This document shows positions 11,180 through 21,138 of a stretch of DNA of 61,198 nt, in pieces. The stretch is from Clostridia bacterium. Its GTDB lineage: Bacteria; Bacillota; Clostridia; Christensenellales; CAG-138. Numbering within the stretch: the stretch's first letter is position 1; each line of letters starts with the position of its first letter. Both the position numbers and the translations under genes were made by a program. The stretch spans positions 1 through 61,198 of the forward strand of contig JAEDJH010000001.1 of assembly GCA_016296415.1 (NCBI GenBank), written 5' to 3'. The notes below the pieces were generated by a model. That model made no database searches, was not told the origin of the DNA, and saw nothing but the letters and a program-made list of their open reading frames with translations.

Positions 11180-11620
11180 TTACTTCATTTCAGTTATGGC
11201 TTGCCTTGCAAGTTTATCGCAAAGGTTGTTAAGCTCATTATCGCTATGTCCGGCAACCTTGATCCATTCTACGTTATGCGTTCTCGTCAGTTCGTACAGC
11301 CGCTGCCAAAGCTCAACGTTTTCAACATTCTTTTTCGCTGCCGTTTTCCAGCCGTTTCTGATCCAATTGTAAATCCAGCCTTTGTTGAAGCCGTTACAAA
11401 GATATGCACTGTCGGAATACAGCTTCGCATCGCATGGCACCTTCAGCGCCTCAAGCGCTCTGATGGCCGCAAGCAGCTCCATGCGATTATTCGTCGTTTC
11501 ACGTTCGGCTCCGCTTATTTGACGGCGGGTATCCTTGTATATCAATACTGCGGCCCAGCCGCCTTTGCCGGGATTTCCCGAGCAAGCTCCATCCGTATAT
11601 ATCTCAACAAGCTTACGCAT
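11180..11620 (-). CDS. rnhA: Ribonuclease HI
   Basis: MRKLVEIYTDGACSGNPGKGGWAAVL..TNNRMELLAAIRALE..SDSAY..AGHSDNELNNLCDKLA (DEDD-type RNase H). I placed the start at ATG 11620, which overlaps the stop of the upstream small ORF by 8 nt. ATG 11638 and the ORF-track start 11695 are alternatives. Confidence 0.88.
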   Translation of the reverse strand: MRKLVEIYTDGACSGNPGKGGWAAVLIYKDTRRQISGAERETTNNRMELLAAIRALEALKVPCDAKLYSDSAYLCNGFNKGWIYNWIRNGWKTAAKKNVENVELWQRLYELTRTHNVEWIKVAGHSDNELNNLCDKLARQAITEMK

Positions 11621-11837
11621 TCGGATTTTTCTCCGCATTCCGTCTTTTTCGAATGCCGGACACCTTGCGCTCCTGCTTCTGTATAAACTCCGCAAGATTC
11701 AGCGAGCGAAAATTGCCGCTTTCCGCGTCATCAAGGCATTTACAGCAGCTGTCGCAAAGCTTTGTCGGGTCGAGATCGCAATAATCTCCCTCGTCATCCA
11801 TTGCATCTCTATGATTATATATTATATTGTTTTCCAT
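11613..11837 (-). CDS. Small acidic/Cys-rich hypothetical protein (74 aa)
   Basis: ATG preceded by ACGGAGGAAAA. Five Cys in DYCDLDPTKLCDSCCKC and a basic C-terminal tail. Translationally coupled to rnhA. Divergent from lexA, with the LexA-box-like palindrome 25 nt upstream of its ATG. No family recognised. Confidence 0.55.
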   Translation of the reverse strand: MENNIIYNHRDAMDDEGDYCDLDPTKLCDSCCKCLDDAESGNFRSLNLAEFIQKQERKVSGIRKRRNAEKNPNA

Positions 11838-11862
11838 TTTTCCTCCGTTTTATGCACATTAT

Positions 11863-11878
11863 GCAAACGTTTGTTTGC
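11863..11878. promoter_or_regulatory. LexA (SOS/Cheo-type) operator candidate
   Basis: Perfect 16-bp palindrome GCAAAC-GTTT-GTTTGC, i.e. AAAC-N4-GTTT. It resembles the Firmicute GAAC-N4-GTT(C/T) LexA box. It overlaps the -35 of the lexA promoter. Confidence 0.65.
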
Positions 11879-11903
11879 TTTTTACCTTTATATAATGTAT
11901 AAT
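11875..11903 (+). promoter_or_regulatory. lexA promoter (sigma-A type)
   Basis: TTGCTT (11875-11880), 17-nt spacer, extended -10 TGTATAAT (TATAAT at 11898-11903). Confidence 0.6.
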
Positions 11904-11932
11904 ACACCAAATAACAGACGAATGGAAGCAAA

Positions 11933-12580
11933 ATGAGCAGTCTATCCAAGCGCCAGCGTGCAATATACGAATTTATAACCGAGTACATGAACGCCCATAC
12001 CTACCCGCCTACCGTGCGGGAGATAATGAAGGCGGTTTCGTTAAAATCAACTTCCACCGTGCATACGCATTTGAAGGTTCTGCAAAAGCTCGGTTTGATT
12101 GAGATGTCTCCGCAAAAGCAGCGCACTATTTCTCTAAAAAATCATTCTGTAACCAGCGATGAAGGTAATTCAAACGAAAAACCGTCTGATGCGCTTGTTC
12201 CCACGCCGCTTATAGGAACCGTGGCGGCAGGTACGCCAATATTTGCATTCGACAATGTTGTGGACGTTTTCAGACTGCCATCGTCCCTTCTTCACGGCGC
12301 CGACGAAAATGAGGTTTTTATGCTCACCGTCAAGGGCACAAGCATGATCGAGGCGGGCATAAACGACGGCGACATGATAATCGTACACAAGGGTATTTCC
12401 GCATCAAACGGCGAAATCGTCGTTGTGCGCCTTGATGATGATGCCACCGTAAAGCGCTTTTACGATGAGGGCGACCATATAAGGCTTCAGCCGGAAAACT
12501 CACAAATGAGCCCGATAATCGTTCCCAAACAGGATATAAATATTGTCGGCAAAGTTATCGGCCTTATCCGTCGGTATTAA
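11933..12580 (+). CDS. lexA: SOS repressor LexA
   Basis: Winged-helix N-terminus (YPPTVREIMKAVSLKSTSTVHTHLKVLQKLGLIE). Ala-Gly cleavage site (VAAGTPI). S24 peptidase Ser (KGTSM) and Lys (VKRF). Confidence 0.95.
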   Translation: MSSLSKRQRAIYEFITEYMNAHTYPPTVREIMKAVSLKSTSTVHTHLKVLQKLGLIEMSPQKQRTISLKNHSVTSDEGNSNEKPSDALVPTPLIGTVAAGTPIFAFDNVVDVFRLPSSLLHGADENEVFMLTVKGTSMIEAGINDGDMIIVHKGISASNGEIVVVRLDDDATVKRFYDEGDHIRLQPENSQMSPIIVPKQDINIVGKVIGLIRRY

Positions 12581-13848
12581 ATTCGTATGCTTCCGTTTCT
12601 AATCATGGAATGAATGACCCTTGAAACCGCTATTTTTCCGTGGGAGTACGTCAAGCCGCCCTGTATGTAAGCCGTGTAAGGCTCCCTTATCGGGCCGTCT
12701 GCGCTGAGCTCTATCGAAGCGCCTTGTATGAACGTACCTGCAGCCATAATCACCTGATCGTTGTAACCGGGCATATCCCAAGGCTCGGGGACCACATATC
12801 CGTCCACGGGCGATGCAGCCTGTATAGCCCTGCAAAATTCAACCAAATCCTGTGCCGTGTTAAACCTAAGTGCCTGTACAATGTCCGAGCGGACGGAGTT
12901 GCTTGCCGGCATTGTAGTCAGCTTCAGCCTCTCAAACACCCGTGCAAACAAAACTGCGGTTTTAAGCGCCTGCGCCGTAACGTGAGGAGCAAGGAACAGC
13001 CCTTGATAAAACTGGGTATAGCCTGCAGCGTAGGATCCGATCTCTCTCCCCGTCCCAGGAACGGTAAGCCTTGCTGCGATCCGTTCAATGAGGTCTCCTC
13101 TGCCTGCGATATAGCCCCCTGTGGGCGCAATGCCGCCACCGGGGTTTTTAATCAGCGAACCGATTATTATATCCGCCCCGAAGCTTGACGGTTCGGTCTC
13201 AAGTGTAAATTCGCCGTAGCAGTTATCGACAACGATAATCGCATCATTTTTAATGCGTTTTACTGCATCGAAAACGGGTTTCATACTCTCGGGAGCGATG
13301 GCCTCTCGCCAAGCATAGCCCCTTGAGCGCTGGACATATACGACCTTTACGTTCTCAAGGCGATTTAATGCGGTCTCAATACCATTCAAATCGAAGCTGC
13401 CGTCCTGATTCAAGTCAACCTGCTCGTAGATAACGCCGTTTCTTATCAGGGAATTTGGCTGTGGGTTGTCATCCAGCCCTATCGCAGTCTCCAGAGTGTC
13501 ATACGGTCTGCCGGAAACGGCAAGCATCACGTCACCGCTCTCCAAAAGCCCTGCCAGTGCAGTAAATATGGCATGGGTCCCCGAAGCAAAAGTGGGTCTT
13601 ACAAGGGCGTCCTCACAAAAAAGTGATTTCGCAAACACGCGATCAAGCGTATCACGACCTATATCGTCATAGCCGTAGCCTGCCGTCTGTGCAAAGTGTC
13701 TGGCACTCACCTTTTCCGAGCAAAAAGCGTTCAGCACACGCTCCTGGTTTACATACTCAATTTCTTCTATCCTGTCAAAAACCGTTCTCAGCTCACGCTC
13801 CGTTTCATTTATGAATCGGGCGACCTTACGCATCGTTTCTTCGTTCAT
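12577..13848 (-). CDS. PLP-dependent cystathionine beta-lyase-family protein (YnbB / 'aluminium resistance' family)
   Basis: 423 aa. The N-terminus ..ERVLNAFCSEKVSARHFAQTAGYGYDDIGRDTLDRVFA is typical of the YnbB family as I recall it. It sits in the usual hfq-miaA neighbourhood. Confidence 0.75.
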   Translation of the reverse strand: MNEETMRKVARFINETERELRTVFDRIEEIEYVNQERVLNAFCSEKVSARHFAQTAGYGYDDIGRDTLDRVFAKSLFCEDALVRPTFASGTHAIFTALAGLLESGDVMLAVSGRPYDTLETAIGLDDNPQPNSLIRNGVIYEQVDLNQDGSFDLNGIETALNRLENVKVVYVQRSRGYAWREAIAPESMKPVFDAVKRIKNDAIIVVDNCYGEFTLETEPSSFGADIIIGSLIKNPGGGIAPTGGYIAGRGDLIERIAARLTVPGTGREIGSYAAGYTQFYQGLFLAPHVTAQALKTAVLFARVFERLKLTTMPASNSVRSDIVQALRFNTAQDLVEFCRAIQAASPVDGYVVPEPWDMPGYNDQVIMAAGTFIQGASIELSADGPIREPYTAYIQGGLTYSHGKIAVSRVIHSMIRNGSIRI

Positions 13849-13866
13849 TATTCTTTCCTTTCAGCT

Positions 13867-14085
13867 TTATTCCGACAAGTCAACCGGATACTTGGGGATT
13901 ATCGAGGATACGGCATGCTTGTATATGAGCATTTGTCTGCCCTCCGAAGTAATCGCAAGTATCACAAAGTTGTCAAAGCTCACTATCAAAGCCTCGTTAA
14001 TCTGGAAACCGTTGACGGTGATTATACTGCAGGGCTCCTTGCTCTGCCTTAGCTTGTTTAAAAAAGCATCCTGTATGTTTTTCAT
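13867..14085 (-). CDS. hfq: RNA chaperone Hfq
   Basis: 72 aa. QDAFLNKLRQSKEPCSIITVNGFQINEALIVSFDNFVIL..QMLIYKHAVSSI (Sm1/Sm2 motifs). Confidence 0.93.
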   Translation of the reverse strand: MKNIQDAFLNKLRQSKEPCSIITVNGFQINEALIVSFDNFVILAITSEGRQMLIYKHAVSSIIPKYPVDLSE

Positions 14086-15041
14086 TCACGTTTCTCGCTT
14101 TCTGTAAGCAATTTTATTGCATGTTCCTGCATTTTGACAGGATCGGTAAACTCCGCCGCATCTATCCAGCGTATGCGTTTATCACGTTTGAACCACGTTA
14201 TTTGGCGCTTTGCGTATCTGCGTGTTTCACGCTTGATGGTTTCAATCGCTTCATCATGGCTGTAAATGCCATTGCGATATGCAATAAGCTGTTTATAGCC
14301 AATGCCCTGCATCGCAGGCAGCGCAGGGTCGTAACCCTTCCCAATCAGTCTGTCAACCTCGTTCAGCAGACCGTTTTCAAGCATGCGGTCAACCCTCTTG
14401 TTTATCCTTTCATACAGAAGCTCTCTCGGCATCGTTATGCCGATTATGCTTGCATCGTAAGGGCATTCGTTGTTTTGAGTGTTTGCAAAGTCATTGCCGA
14501 ATGCAGACAGCGGTCTGCCTGTTTGTACAAACACTTCAAGCGCCCGAACAAGGCGTTTTGTGTCGTTCGGGTGCAGCCTGTCGGCGGTAACGGGATCGAC
14601 CTCCCGAAGCCTTCCGTGCAAGATCCCCGGCTGTGAAGCCTCCAATGCGTTAAGCTCCGCCCTCAGCTCGTCATTCGGCTCAACCTCGGTAAAGCCAAGC
14701 GGGAAAATCAGCGAGTTTATGTACAAACCCGTTCCTCCGACAATAAGCGGCTTTTTGCCTTTTGCATATATTTCCTCTATACAGCGCTCGGCAGCGGCTC
14801 TGAACTTTGTTACGTTAAAAGTGCCGTCCGATGGTGGAACGAAGTCCAAAAGATGATGCGTAACGCCGTTCATTTCAGGGACAGTCGGTTTTGCCGTGCC
14901 GATATTCATTTCGGTATATATCTGCATGGAATCCGCTGAAATAATTTCCGCATCCATAGCTCTTGCACAGGCGATAGACAATGCGGTTTTTCCGCTTGCC
15001 GTAGGTCCCACTATAATGTAGATATGCTTTTTCGCCATCAT
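14082..15041 (-). CDS. miaA: tRNA dimethylallyltransferase MiaA
   Basis: P-loop IIVGPTASGKTALSI, then SADSMQIYTEMNIGTAKP. 319 aa. Overlaps hfq and mutL by 4 nt each. Confidence 0.93.
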   Translation of the reverse strand: MMAKKHIYIIVGPTASGKTALSIACARAMDAEIISADSMQIYTEMNIGTAKPTVPEMNGVTHHLLDFVPPSDGTFNVTKFRAAAERCIEEIYAKGKKPLIVGGTGLYINSLIFPLGFTEVEPNDELRAELNALEASQPGILHGRLREVDPVTADRLHPNDTKRLVRALEVFVQTGRPLSAFGNDFANTQNNECPYDASIIGITMPRELLYERINKRVDRMLENGLLNEVDRLIGKGYDPALPAMQGIGYKQLIAYRNGIYSHDEAIETIKRETRRYAKRQITWFKRDKRIRWIDAAEFTDPVKMQEHAIKLLTESEKRE

Positions 15042-17005
15042 ACTATCCTCTTAAAGAGTTTTTCTATGTCACGCTTTGATATTTTGACCATAACAGGTCT
15101 GCCGTGCGGGCAGGTAAGCGGAACCCCGTCCTTTTCATAGTATTCCAAAAGCGCCCTTGCCTCCTGCTCCGTTATCGCCGTCGAGACCTTTACCGCCTTT
15201 TTGCACGCAAGCTGCATAAGCTCATTGCGTTTGATCTCGGTATTGGTTGCCCGTCCGTGTGTCATCAATGCGCTTATTGCGGCGCTGAAAAACTCCATCG
15301 CCTGTACCTTGTCCAGTATGTAGGGCACAGCCTTTACGGAAACAGACATCGTGCCGAAATCCTCAATTTCAAAGCCCAGCTCCTCGAAAATCTCCGCATT
15401 CTGCCGGTAGGTTGCATATTCATTGGGGTCGAGAGTAGCGTGCTGACTTATTAAAAGCAGTTGGCTTCTGGCGGTAAGCTCGGTGTTGTTCAGTTTTTCA
15501 TAAAGCATTCTTTCATGCGCAGCGTGCTGATCAATTAAAAAAATATTATTTCCCTGTTGAATGATCCAGTATCCGCTAAAAATATTACCTACCAACCTGT
15601 ATTCGTCAGCTTGCAGCAGTATTTTCTCCTGAATCGGAAGTACTTCCGACGCCTTGACGGCTTCTTTTTTCGAAATACTTGTCTGTTTCACTTCTTGAAT
15701 CGGCGGTTTATGAGTTATCCCTTCGGCAGGCGGTCTTTGTTCATTTATTGTATTTTCCGTATGAGAAACGTTCAAATCAGTATTCATTTCAAACGGCAAA
15801 GCGAAAGATGGAGATTTCTCACCAAATCCGCTTACAGGCATGCTCTCCGCATTGCGAAAAATTTCCTTGCCGCAGTCACGAACAAACGCACGCCCTCCCC
15901 CGTGCTTTTCCACAGGTTTTTCCACAATGACCGACGCCTTTGTCTCGCATTTAATGTGTTGGGGTAATTCGGCGGCGTTTTGATGAATAATTCTGTCCAA
16001 ATTCGCAGACAGTATTCCCGAGGTTTCCGTAAGCGCCCTTTTCACGGCACTTACAAGCGCATTTTCAACCCTCATCTCGTCCCTGAAGCGCACGTCTATT
16101 TTGTTCGGATGTACGTTTACGTCAATTTCCGAGCTGCTCAGCTTCATATTTATCACCGCAAATGGAAATTGCCCCTTCATCGCCCTTGTATCAAAGGCTC
16201 GCTGAAGTGCGTAAGAAAGCTTTGCGGATTTAATATAGCGTCCATTCACAAAAAGAGATTGCTTTTGCCTGCTTGCCTGCAAAATTGTTTCATTCCCAAC
16301 ATAGCCGTCGATCAAGACATAGCCGTCATCGTATGAAACAGCACAAAGTTTGTCCAGTGTTTCTTTGCCGTAAACAGTGTATATGGCCGAGGTCAGTTTG
16401 CCGTCTCCGAGACTGTGATATATCGTTTTTCCGTCTTGAATGAGCTTTATCGAAATATCGGGTCGTGCCAGTATGAGCCTTGACACATAATCGGCTATAA
16501 AAGCATTTTCGCTTCTCTGTGATTTTAGAAACTTTCTTCTTGCAGGAACATTATAAAACAAATCCCTGACCTCGATAGTTGTGCCGTCAAGACAGCCGCA
16601 TTGTGAGTTTTCCTTTATCTCGCCGGCGTCTATCGAAACAAGCGTACCGTAGTCGCTGTCCTTGGTGCGGGTGCGCATGGTGACTTTTGAAACGGCAGCA
16701 ACGGAAGCAAGCGCCTCGCCCCTAAAGCCAAGCGTTTCGATTCGCATCAAATCTTCAGAGCTTCTTATCTTGCTTGTAGCATGGCGTTCGAACGCAACGG
16801 GTGCGTCGTCGGCGTCAATTCCGTGCCCATTGTCGGTTATGCGGATATACTCAACTCCACCCCCGTCCGTTTCAATGGTCACGGAGGAGCATTTTGCGTC
16901 GATAGAGTTTTCCACAAGCTCCTTTACAACCGAGGCAGGTCTCTCGACCACCTCACCGGCCGCAATTTGGTTGGCAACATTTTGCTCCAAAAGTCTGATT
17001 TTCAT
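15038..17005 (-). CDS. mutL: DNA mismatch repair protein MutL
   Basis: MKIRLLEQNVANQIAAGEVVERPASVVKELVENSIDA (GHKL ATPase). C-terminal dimerisation/endonuclease region with QHAAHERMLYE. Confidence 0.95.
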   Translation of the reverse strand: MKIRLLEQNVANQIAAGEVVERPASVVKELVENSIDAKCSSVTIETDGGGVEYIRITDNGHGIDADDAPVAFERHATSKIRSSEDLMRIETLGFRGEALASVAAVSKVTMRTRTKDSDYGTLVSIDAGEIKENSQCGCLDGTTIEVRDLFYNVPARRKFLKSQRSENAFIADYVSRLILARPDISIKLIQDGKTIYHSLGDGKLTSAIYTVYGKETLDKLCAVSYDDGYVLIDGYVGNETILQASRQKQSLFVNGRYIKSAKLSYALQRAFDTRAMKGQFPFAVINMKLSSSEIDVNVHPNKIDVRFRDEMRVENALVSAVKRALTETSGILSANLDRIIHQNAAELPQHIKCETKASVIVEKPVEKHGGGRAFVRDCGKEIFRNAESMPVSGFGEKSPSFALPFEMNTDLNVSHTENTINEQRPPAEGITHKPPIQEVKQTSISKKEAVKASEVLPIQEKILLQADEYRLVGNIFSGYWIIQQGNNIFLIDQHAAHERMLYEKLNNTELTARSQLLLISQHATLDPNEYATYRQNAEIFEELGFEIEDFGTMSVSVKAVPYILDKVQAMEFFSAAISALMTHGRATNTEIKRNELMQLACKKAVKVSTAITEQEARALLEYYEKDGVPLTCPHGRPVMVKISKRDIEKLFKRIV

Positions 17006-17006
17006 A

Positions 17007-19601
17007 TCACACCTCGCTCCTTGCCATGGTTATAAGCTCGCTTAATGTAAGCATAGCCTCAAGCGGAGTAAGCTCGTTCACGTTTATTCCACGCAGCTTC
17101 TCTACAATCTCGCTCTCCTTGTTCGGCTGCGAAAATTCGCTTGTCATGGAAACGTTTCTGTGCTTTTGGCTTATATCGGACTCCTCGAGCTCATGCAGTA
17201 TTCGCTGTGAGCGCTCAATTACGCATTTTGGGAGTCCTGCAAGCTTTGCAACCTGTACGCCGAAGCTCTTTTCGGCCTTTCCGGGAACGATTCGGTGCAG
17301 GAAGATGATGTTATCGCCAAATTCCTTTATGGCCACACGGTAGTTTTTCACGCCATCCAGGCTGCCTTCAAGTCCTGTCAGCTCATGGTAATGCGTGGCA
17401 AAAAGTGCCTTTGCGCAGGATTTTAAACTAATATGTTCAAGTACCGCCCATGCGATGCTAAGACCGTCAAAAGTGCTTGTCCCTCGACCGATTTCATCCA
17501 ATATGAGCAGACTTCTGTTCGTGGCGTTGTTCAATATATTGGCGACCTCTGTCATCTCTATCATGAACGTGCTCTGCCCCGATGAAAGGTTGTCGGAAGC
17601 ACCGACCCTCGTGAAAATCCGGTCAATGATGCTTATATTTGCCGAGCTGGCCGGTATGAATGAGCCGATATGCGCCATGAGGCAAATAAGCGCCACCTGC
17701 CTCATATACGTGCTCTTGCCCGCCATGTTGGGACCCGTGATTATGAGCAGTCTGTTGCCGTTCATATCCATATAAGTGCTGTTCGGCACGAAGCTTTTTT
17801 TATCTGTGTGCTCAACGACGGGATGCCTGCCGTCGCTTATATCAATGATGCCTTCCTCATTTATTCGGGGACGGCAATAGTCCTCGGCGATCGCAAGCTG
17901 TGCAAAGCATTGATAGGCGTCAAGCTCGGCAATTATGCCCGCAACGTTCTGCAGCCTTGGAATGCAGGCGTAAAGGATCTCCCGTATTTCTGCAAAAAGC
18001 CTGTGTTCAAGCTCGATGCACTTTTCATCTGCCCCTAATATGGTGGCTTCAAGCTCTTTTAATTCCTGCGTCGTATATCGTTCCGCATTTGCAAGGGTTT
18101 GTTTGCGAATATAGTTGTACGGCACAAGCTGCTGGTATGACTTTGTTACCTCGATATAATAGCCGAATACCCGATTATACTTGATTTTAAGATTTTTTAT
18201 TCCCGTGCTTTCACGTTCTGCGGCTTCAAGCTGGTTTATCCAGTCCTTCGCATTAACCGAAGCGCTTCTGTATTTGTCGATTTCTTCATTGTATCCCGCC
18301 TTAATAAATCCACCGTCCTTTATGCTCACGGGTGGATTGTCATCTATTGACAGATGTAAAAGCTCGAAAATATCGTCAAGCATATCAAAATCGGTAGAAA
18401 GACCGACATAGCTTTCAGATTGAAGGGTGTCGATTATACCAAAAATTTGCGGAAGCTTTGCAACGGACAGCTTTAGAGCGATGCAGTCCTTCGGCATTAT
18501 GCTGCCGTAGGCAATTTTACTGCAAAGTCTGCCAATATCGTATATGCCGCTCAAAACGTTGCTCAAATCATCACAAACGATCCGCTTGTCAAAAAGCTCC
18601 TCGACGCAGTCCAAACGCCGTTCTATGCGGCGGCGGTTGATCAAAGGCTGCTCGAGCCACGAGCGTATAAGTCGGCCGCCCATTGCCGTTTTTGTACGGT
18701 CAAACAACGACAAAAGCGTGCTTCGCTTGTTTCCGTCATACCGCAGCGGTCTTGTAAGCTCCAAATTCATCCTCGTGGAAGCATCGAGTATCATAAACTC
18801 GTTTTGAATATGCCGCTTCAATGAAACAATATGCGACAATGAGTTTTTCTGCGTTTCTTCAAGATATGACAGCAGCGCCCCAGCAGCGCAGACTGAGAGA
18901 GAGTCATGTTTTTCAATCCCGAAGCCGAACAATGACGAAACCTTAAAATGCTTTAACAACACCTGAAGGGCTCTTTTTTGTTTAAACGCCGTGTCGGGAT
19001 AGGCAGCGGTATAGTAAGACGCCCTAAGGCTTGATAATGCCTCCACAGCGCTCTCGTTTACTATTATCTCCCTCGGCATGAGCATCGCCAAATAGTTGTA
19101 AATCGAGCCGATTGCATCCGAGCTTATATCATCGACAACATAAAATTCTCCTGTGGAGACATCGGCATAGGCTATGCCGGCCTTTTTATCGCTTTCAAAA
19201 TTTATCGCAGCGATATAGTTATTGGCTTTATCGTTGAGCATCGTCTCCTCTATGACGGTGCCCGGCGTTATAACACGCACCACGCCCCGTTCAACCAGAC
19301 CGCTTGACTGCTTGGGGTCAGTAAGCTGCTCGCAAAGCGCAACCTTATAGCCTCGGTCGATCAGCTTATTTATATATCCGTCAACCGAGTGATGCGGCAC
19401 ACCGCACATCGGTGCTCGCTCGGGAAGTCCGCAATCCCTGCCGGTAAGCACTATTTCAAGTTCCCGGGATGCGGTTATGGCATCATCGAAAAACATTTCA
19501 TAGAAGTCACCGAGTCTGAACATTAGGATGCAATCCTTATATTGCTCCTTCAATTCAAGATATTGTCGCATCAGCCGTGTAGGTCCGCCCTTATTATCCA
19601 T
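17007..19601 (-). CDS. mutS: DNA mismatch repair protein MutS
   Basis: 864 aa. N-terminal TRLMRQYLELKEQYKDCILMFRLGDFYEMF mismatch-binding motif. Walker A GPNMAGKSTYMRQ. Confidence 0.95.
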   Translation of the reverse strand: MDNKGGPTRLMRQYLELKEQYKDCILMFRLGDFYEMFFDDAITASRELEIVLTGRDCGLPERAPMCGVPHHSVDGYINKLIDRGYKVALCEQLTDPKQSSGLVERGVVRVITPGTVIEETMLNDKANNYIAAINFESDKKAGIAYADVSTGEFYVVDDISSDAIGSIYNYLAMLMPREIIVNESAVEALSSLRASYYTAAYPDTAFKQKRALQVLLKHFKVSSLFGFGIEKHDSLSVCAAGALLSYLEETQKNSLSHIVSLKRHIQNEFMILDASTRMNLELTRPLRYDGNKRSTLLSLFDRTKTAMGGRLIRSWLEQPLINRRRIERRLDCVEELFDKRIVCDDLSNVLSGIYDIGRLCSKIAYGSIMPKDCIALKLSVAKLPQIFGIIDTLQSESYVGLSTDFDMLDDIFELLHLSIDDNPPVSIKDGGFIKAGYNEEIDKYRSASVNAKDWINQLEAAERESTGIKNLKIKYNRVFGYYIEVTKSYQQLVPYNYIRKQTLANAERYTTQELKELEATILGADEKCIELEHRLFAEIREILYACIPRLQNVAGIIAELDAYQCFAQLAIAEDYCRPRINEEGIIDISDGRHPVVEHTDKKSFVPNSTYMDMNGNRLLIITGPNMAGKSTYMRQVALICLMAHIGSFIPASSANISIIDRIFTRVGASDNLSSGQSTFMIEMTEVANILNNATNRSLLILDEIGRGTSTFDGLSIAWAVLEHISLKSCAKALFATHYHELTGLEGSLDGVKNYRVAIKEFGDNIIFLHRIVPGKAEKSFGVQVAKLAGLPKCVIERSQRILHELEESDISQKHRNVSMTSEFSQPNKESEIVEKLRGINVNELTPLEAMLTLSELITMARSEV

Positions 19602-21015
19602 TCAGCTCTCCAATCAACGAGTTATTGGTCGTATCAACAATATTTACATCTACTGTTTTGCCTACCATGCCACGCACCGCAGCTTCATCCGCATCGAACG
19701 GAAAATAAACCGACTTGAAATTGGACAGCCTGCCGTTCATAAAGTACTGCCCGTCACGCACATCGAAGCCTTCGACAAGCACTTTACCGACTTTGCCGAT
19801 AAACTTTTGATTGTTCGTTTTCAGCATCTCTGCCTCAACCGCATTCAGCGCAAGCAGCCTGCGCTTTTTCTCTGCGGGGTCGATTTGATTGGGCATGGAA
19901 GCTGCCTTTGTTCCCGGCCGGGGCGAATACATGAAGGTAAACGCCGCCGAAAACCCCACTTCACGCACAAGTGAAAGCGTCTGGTTGAAATCCTCCTCCG
20001 TTTCGCCGGGGAAGCCGACAATTATATCCGTGGTTATCTCTATGTCTTGAACTCGCTGCCTGAGCTTTCCGACAAGCTCCAGATAATGCTCCCTTGAATA
20101 CCGTCGGTTCATCTGTTCAAGTATTCTGGTGCTGCCCGACTGTACGGGAAGGTGAATATGCTTGCATACCTTATCGTTCGTCGCCATGACTTCTATAAGT
20201 TCGTCGGACAGATCCTTCGGGTGAGAGGTCATAAACCTTATGCGCTCAATGCCGTCGATACCGCTTATTTTGTCGAGCAGAGCCGGAAACTTCATCCCCG
20301 ATTCGGGAGAACAATACGAGTTTACATTCTGTCCCAAAAGCGTTATCTCACTGAAGCCGCATTTCGCAACATCCTCTACCTCGGAAAAGATGCGTTCAAA
20401 GCTTCTCGAGCGTTCCCTGCCGCGGACATACGGAACAATACAGTAGGAGCAAAAGTTATTGCAGCCGAACATTATGTTTACGTTCGTTGAAAATGTTCCG
20501 TTCCTCAAAATCGGAATACCTTCCGTTACCTCACCGTCGATATTGCGCACCATCAGCGTCCTCTCGCCCATTAGCGCCGCCTCGATCATGGTGGGCAGCC
20601 GATGGAGCTCGTTGGTTCCGAAGATTATATCGACATACGGAAATCTCTTATACAAATGCCTTGAAACCTTTTCCTGCTGCATCATACAACCGCAAACGGC
20701 TATAATCAGCCTTGGATTTGCATCCTTTAACGCCTTCAATGCGCCCACATTGCCGAAAACCCTCTGCTCGGCATGATCCCTTACGCAGCAGGTGTTGAAA
20801 ATGATGAAGTCGGCAGACGCCTTGTCATCGCATTTAGTGAATCCGCATTCTACGAGCATACCTGCAATACGCTCGCTGTCATGTCCGTTCATTTGGCATC
20901 CGTACGCCTCTATGTGATATTTCAACCCGAGCGGGGAAATCTGCTCATTGATTCGCTTTGCACACAAGCGGTTGGCTTCAAGTTCCGCGGCGGGAGTTTC
21001 GATGTAGTTTCTCAT
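19594..21015 (-). CDS. miaB: tRNA-2-methylthio-N6-dimethylallyladenosine synthase MiaB
   Basis: UPF0004 N-domain (YGCQMNGHDSE). Radical-SAM CxxxCxxC (CNNFCSYCIVP). C-terminal TRAM domain. Upstream is a TTGCGA-17-TATAAT promoter-like sequence. Confidence 0.93.
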   Translation of the reverse strand: MRNYIETPAAELEANRLCAKRINEQISPLGLKYHIEAYGCQMNGHDSERIAGMLVECGFTKCDDKASADFIIFNTCCVRDHAEQRVFGNVGALKALKDANPRLIIAVCGCMMQQEKVSRHLYKRFPYVDIIFGTNELHRLPTMIEAALMGERTLMVRNIDGEVTEGIPILRNGTFSTNVNIMFGCNNFCSYCIVPYVRGRERSRSFERIFSEVEDVAKCGFSEITLLGQNVNSYCSPESGMKFPALLDKISGIDGIERIRFMTSHPKDLSDELIEVMATNDKVCKHIHLPVQSGSTRILEQMNRRYSREHYLELVGKLRQRVQDIEITTDIIVGFPGETEEDFNQTLSLVREVGFSAAFTFMYSPRPGTKAASMPNQIDPAEKKRRLLALNAVEAEMLKTNNQKFIGKVGKVLVEGFDVRDGQYFMNGRLSNFKSVYFPFDADEAAVRGMVGKTVDVNIVDTTNNSLIGELNG

Positions 21016-21084
21016 ATAAGTTCCTTAAAAATTATTGACATATACAGTCATAATATTATACCGCATTCATATATAAATCGCAAC

Positions 21085-21117
21085 AAAATAAAAGCGAGGA
21101 GAAAAAACTCCTCGCCT
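21085..21117 (-). terminator. Rho-independent terminator after the NuoF-like gene
   Basis: Minus strand reads GGCGAGGAG-TTTTTT-CTCCTCGC followed by TTTTATTTTG. Confidence 0.8.
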
Positions 21118-21138
21118 TCATCAAGTTTGTTGATTCAA

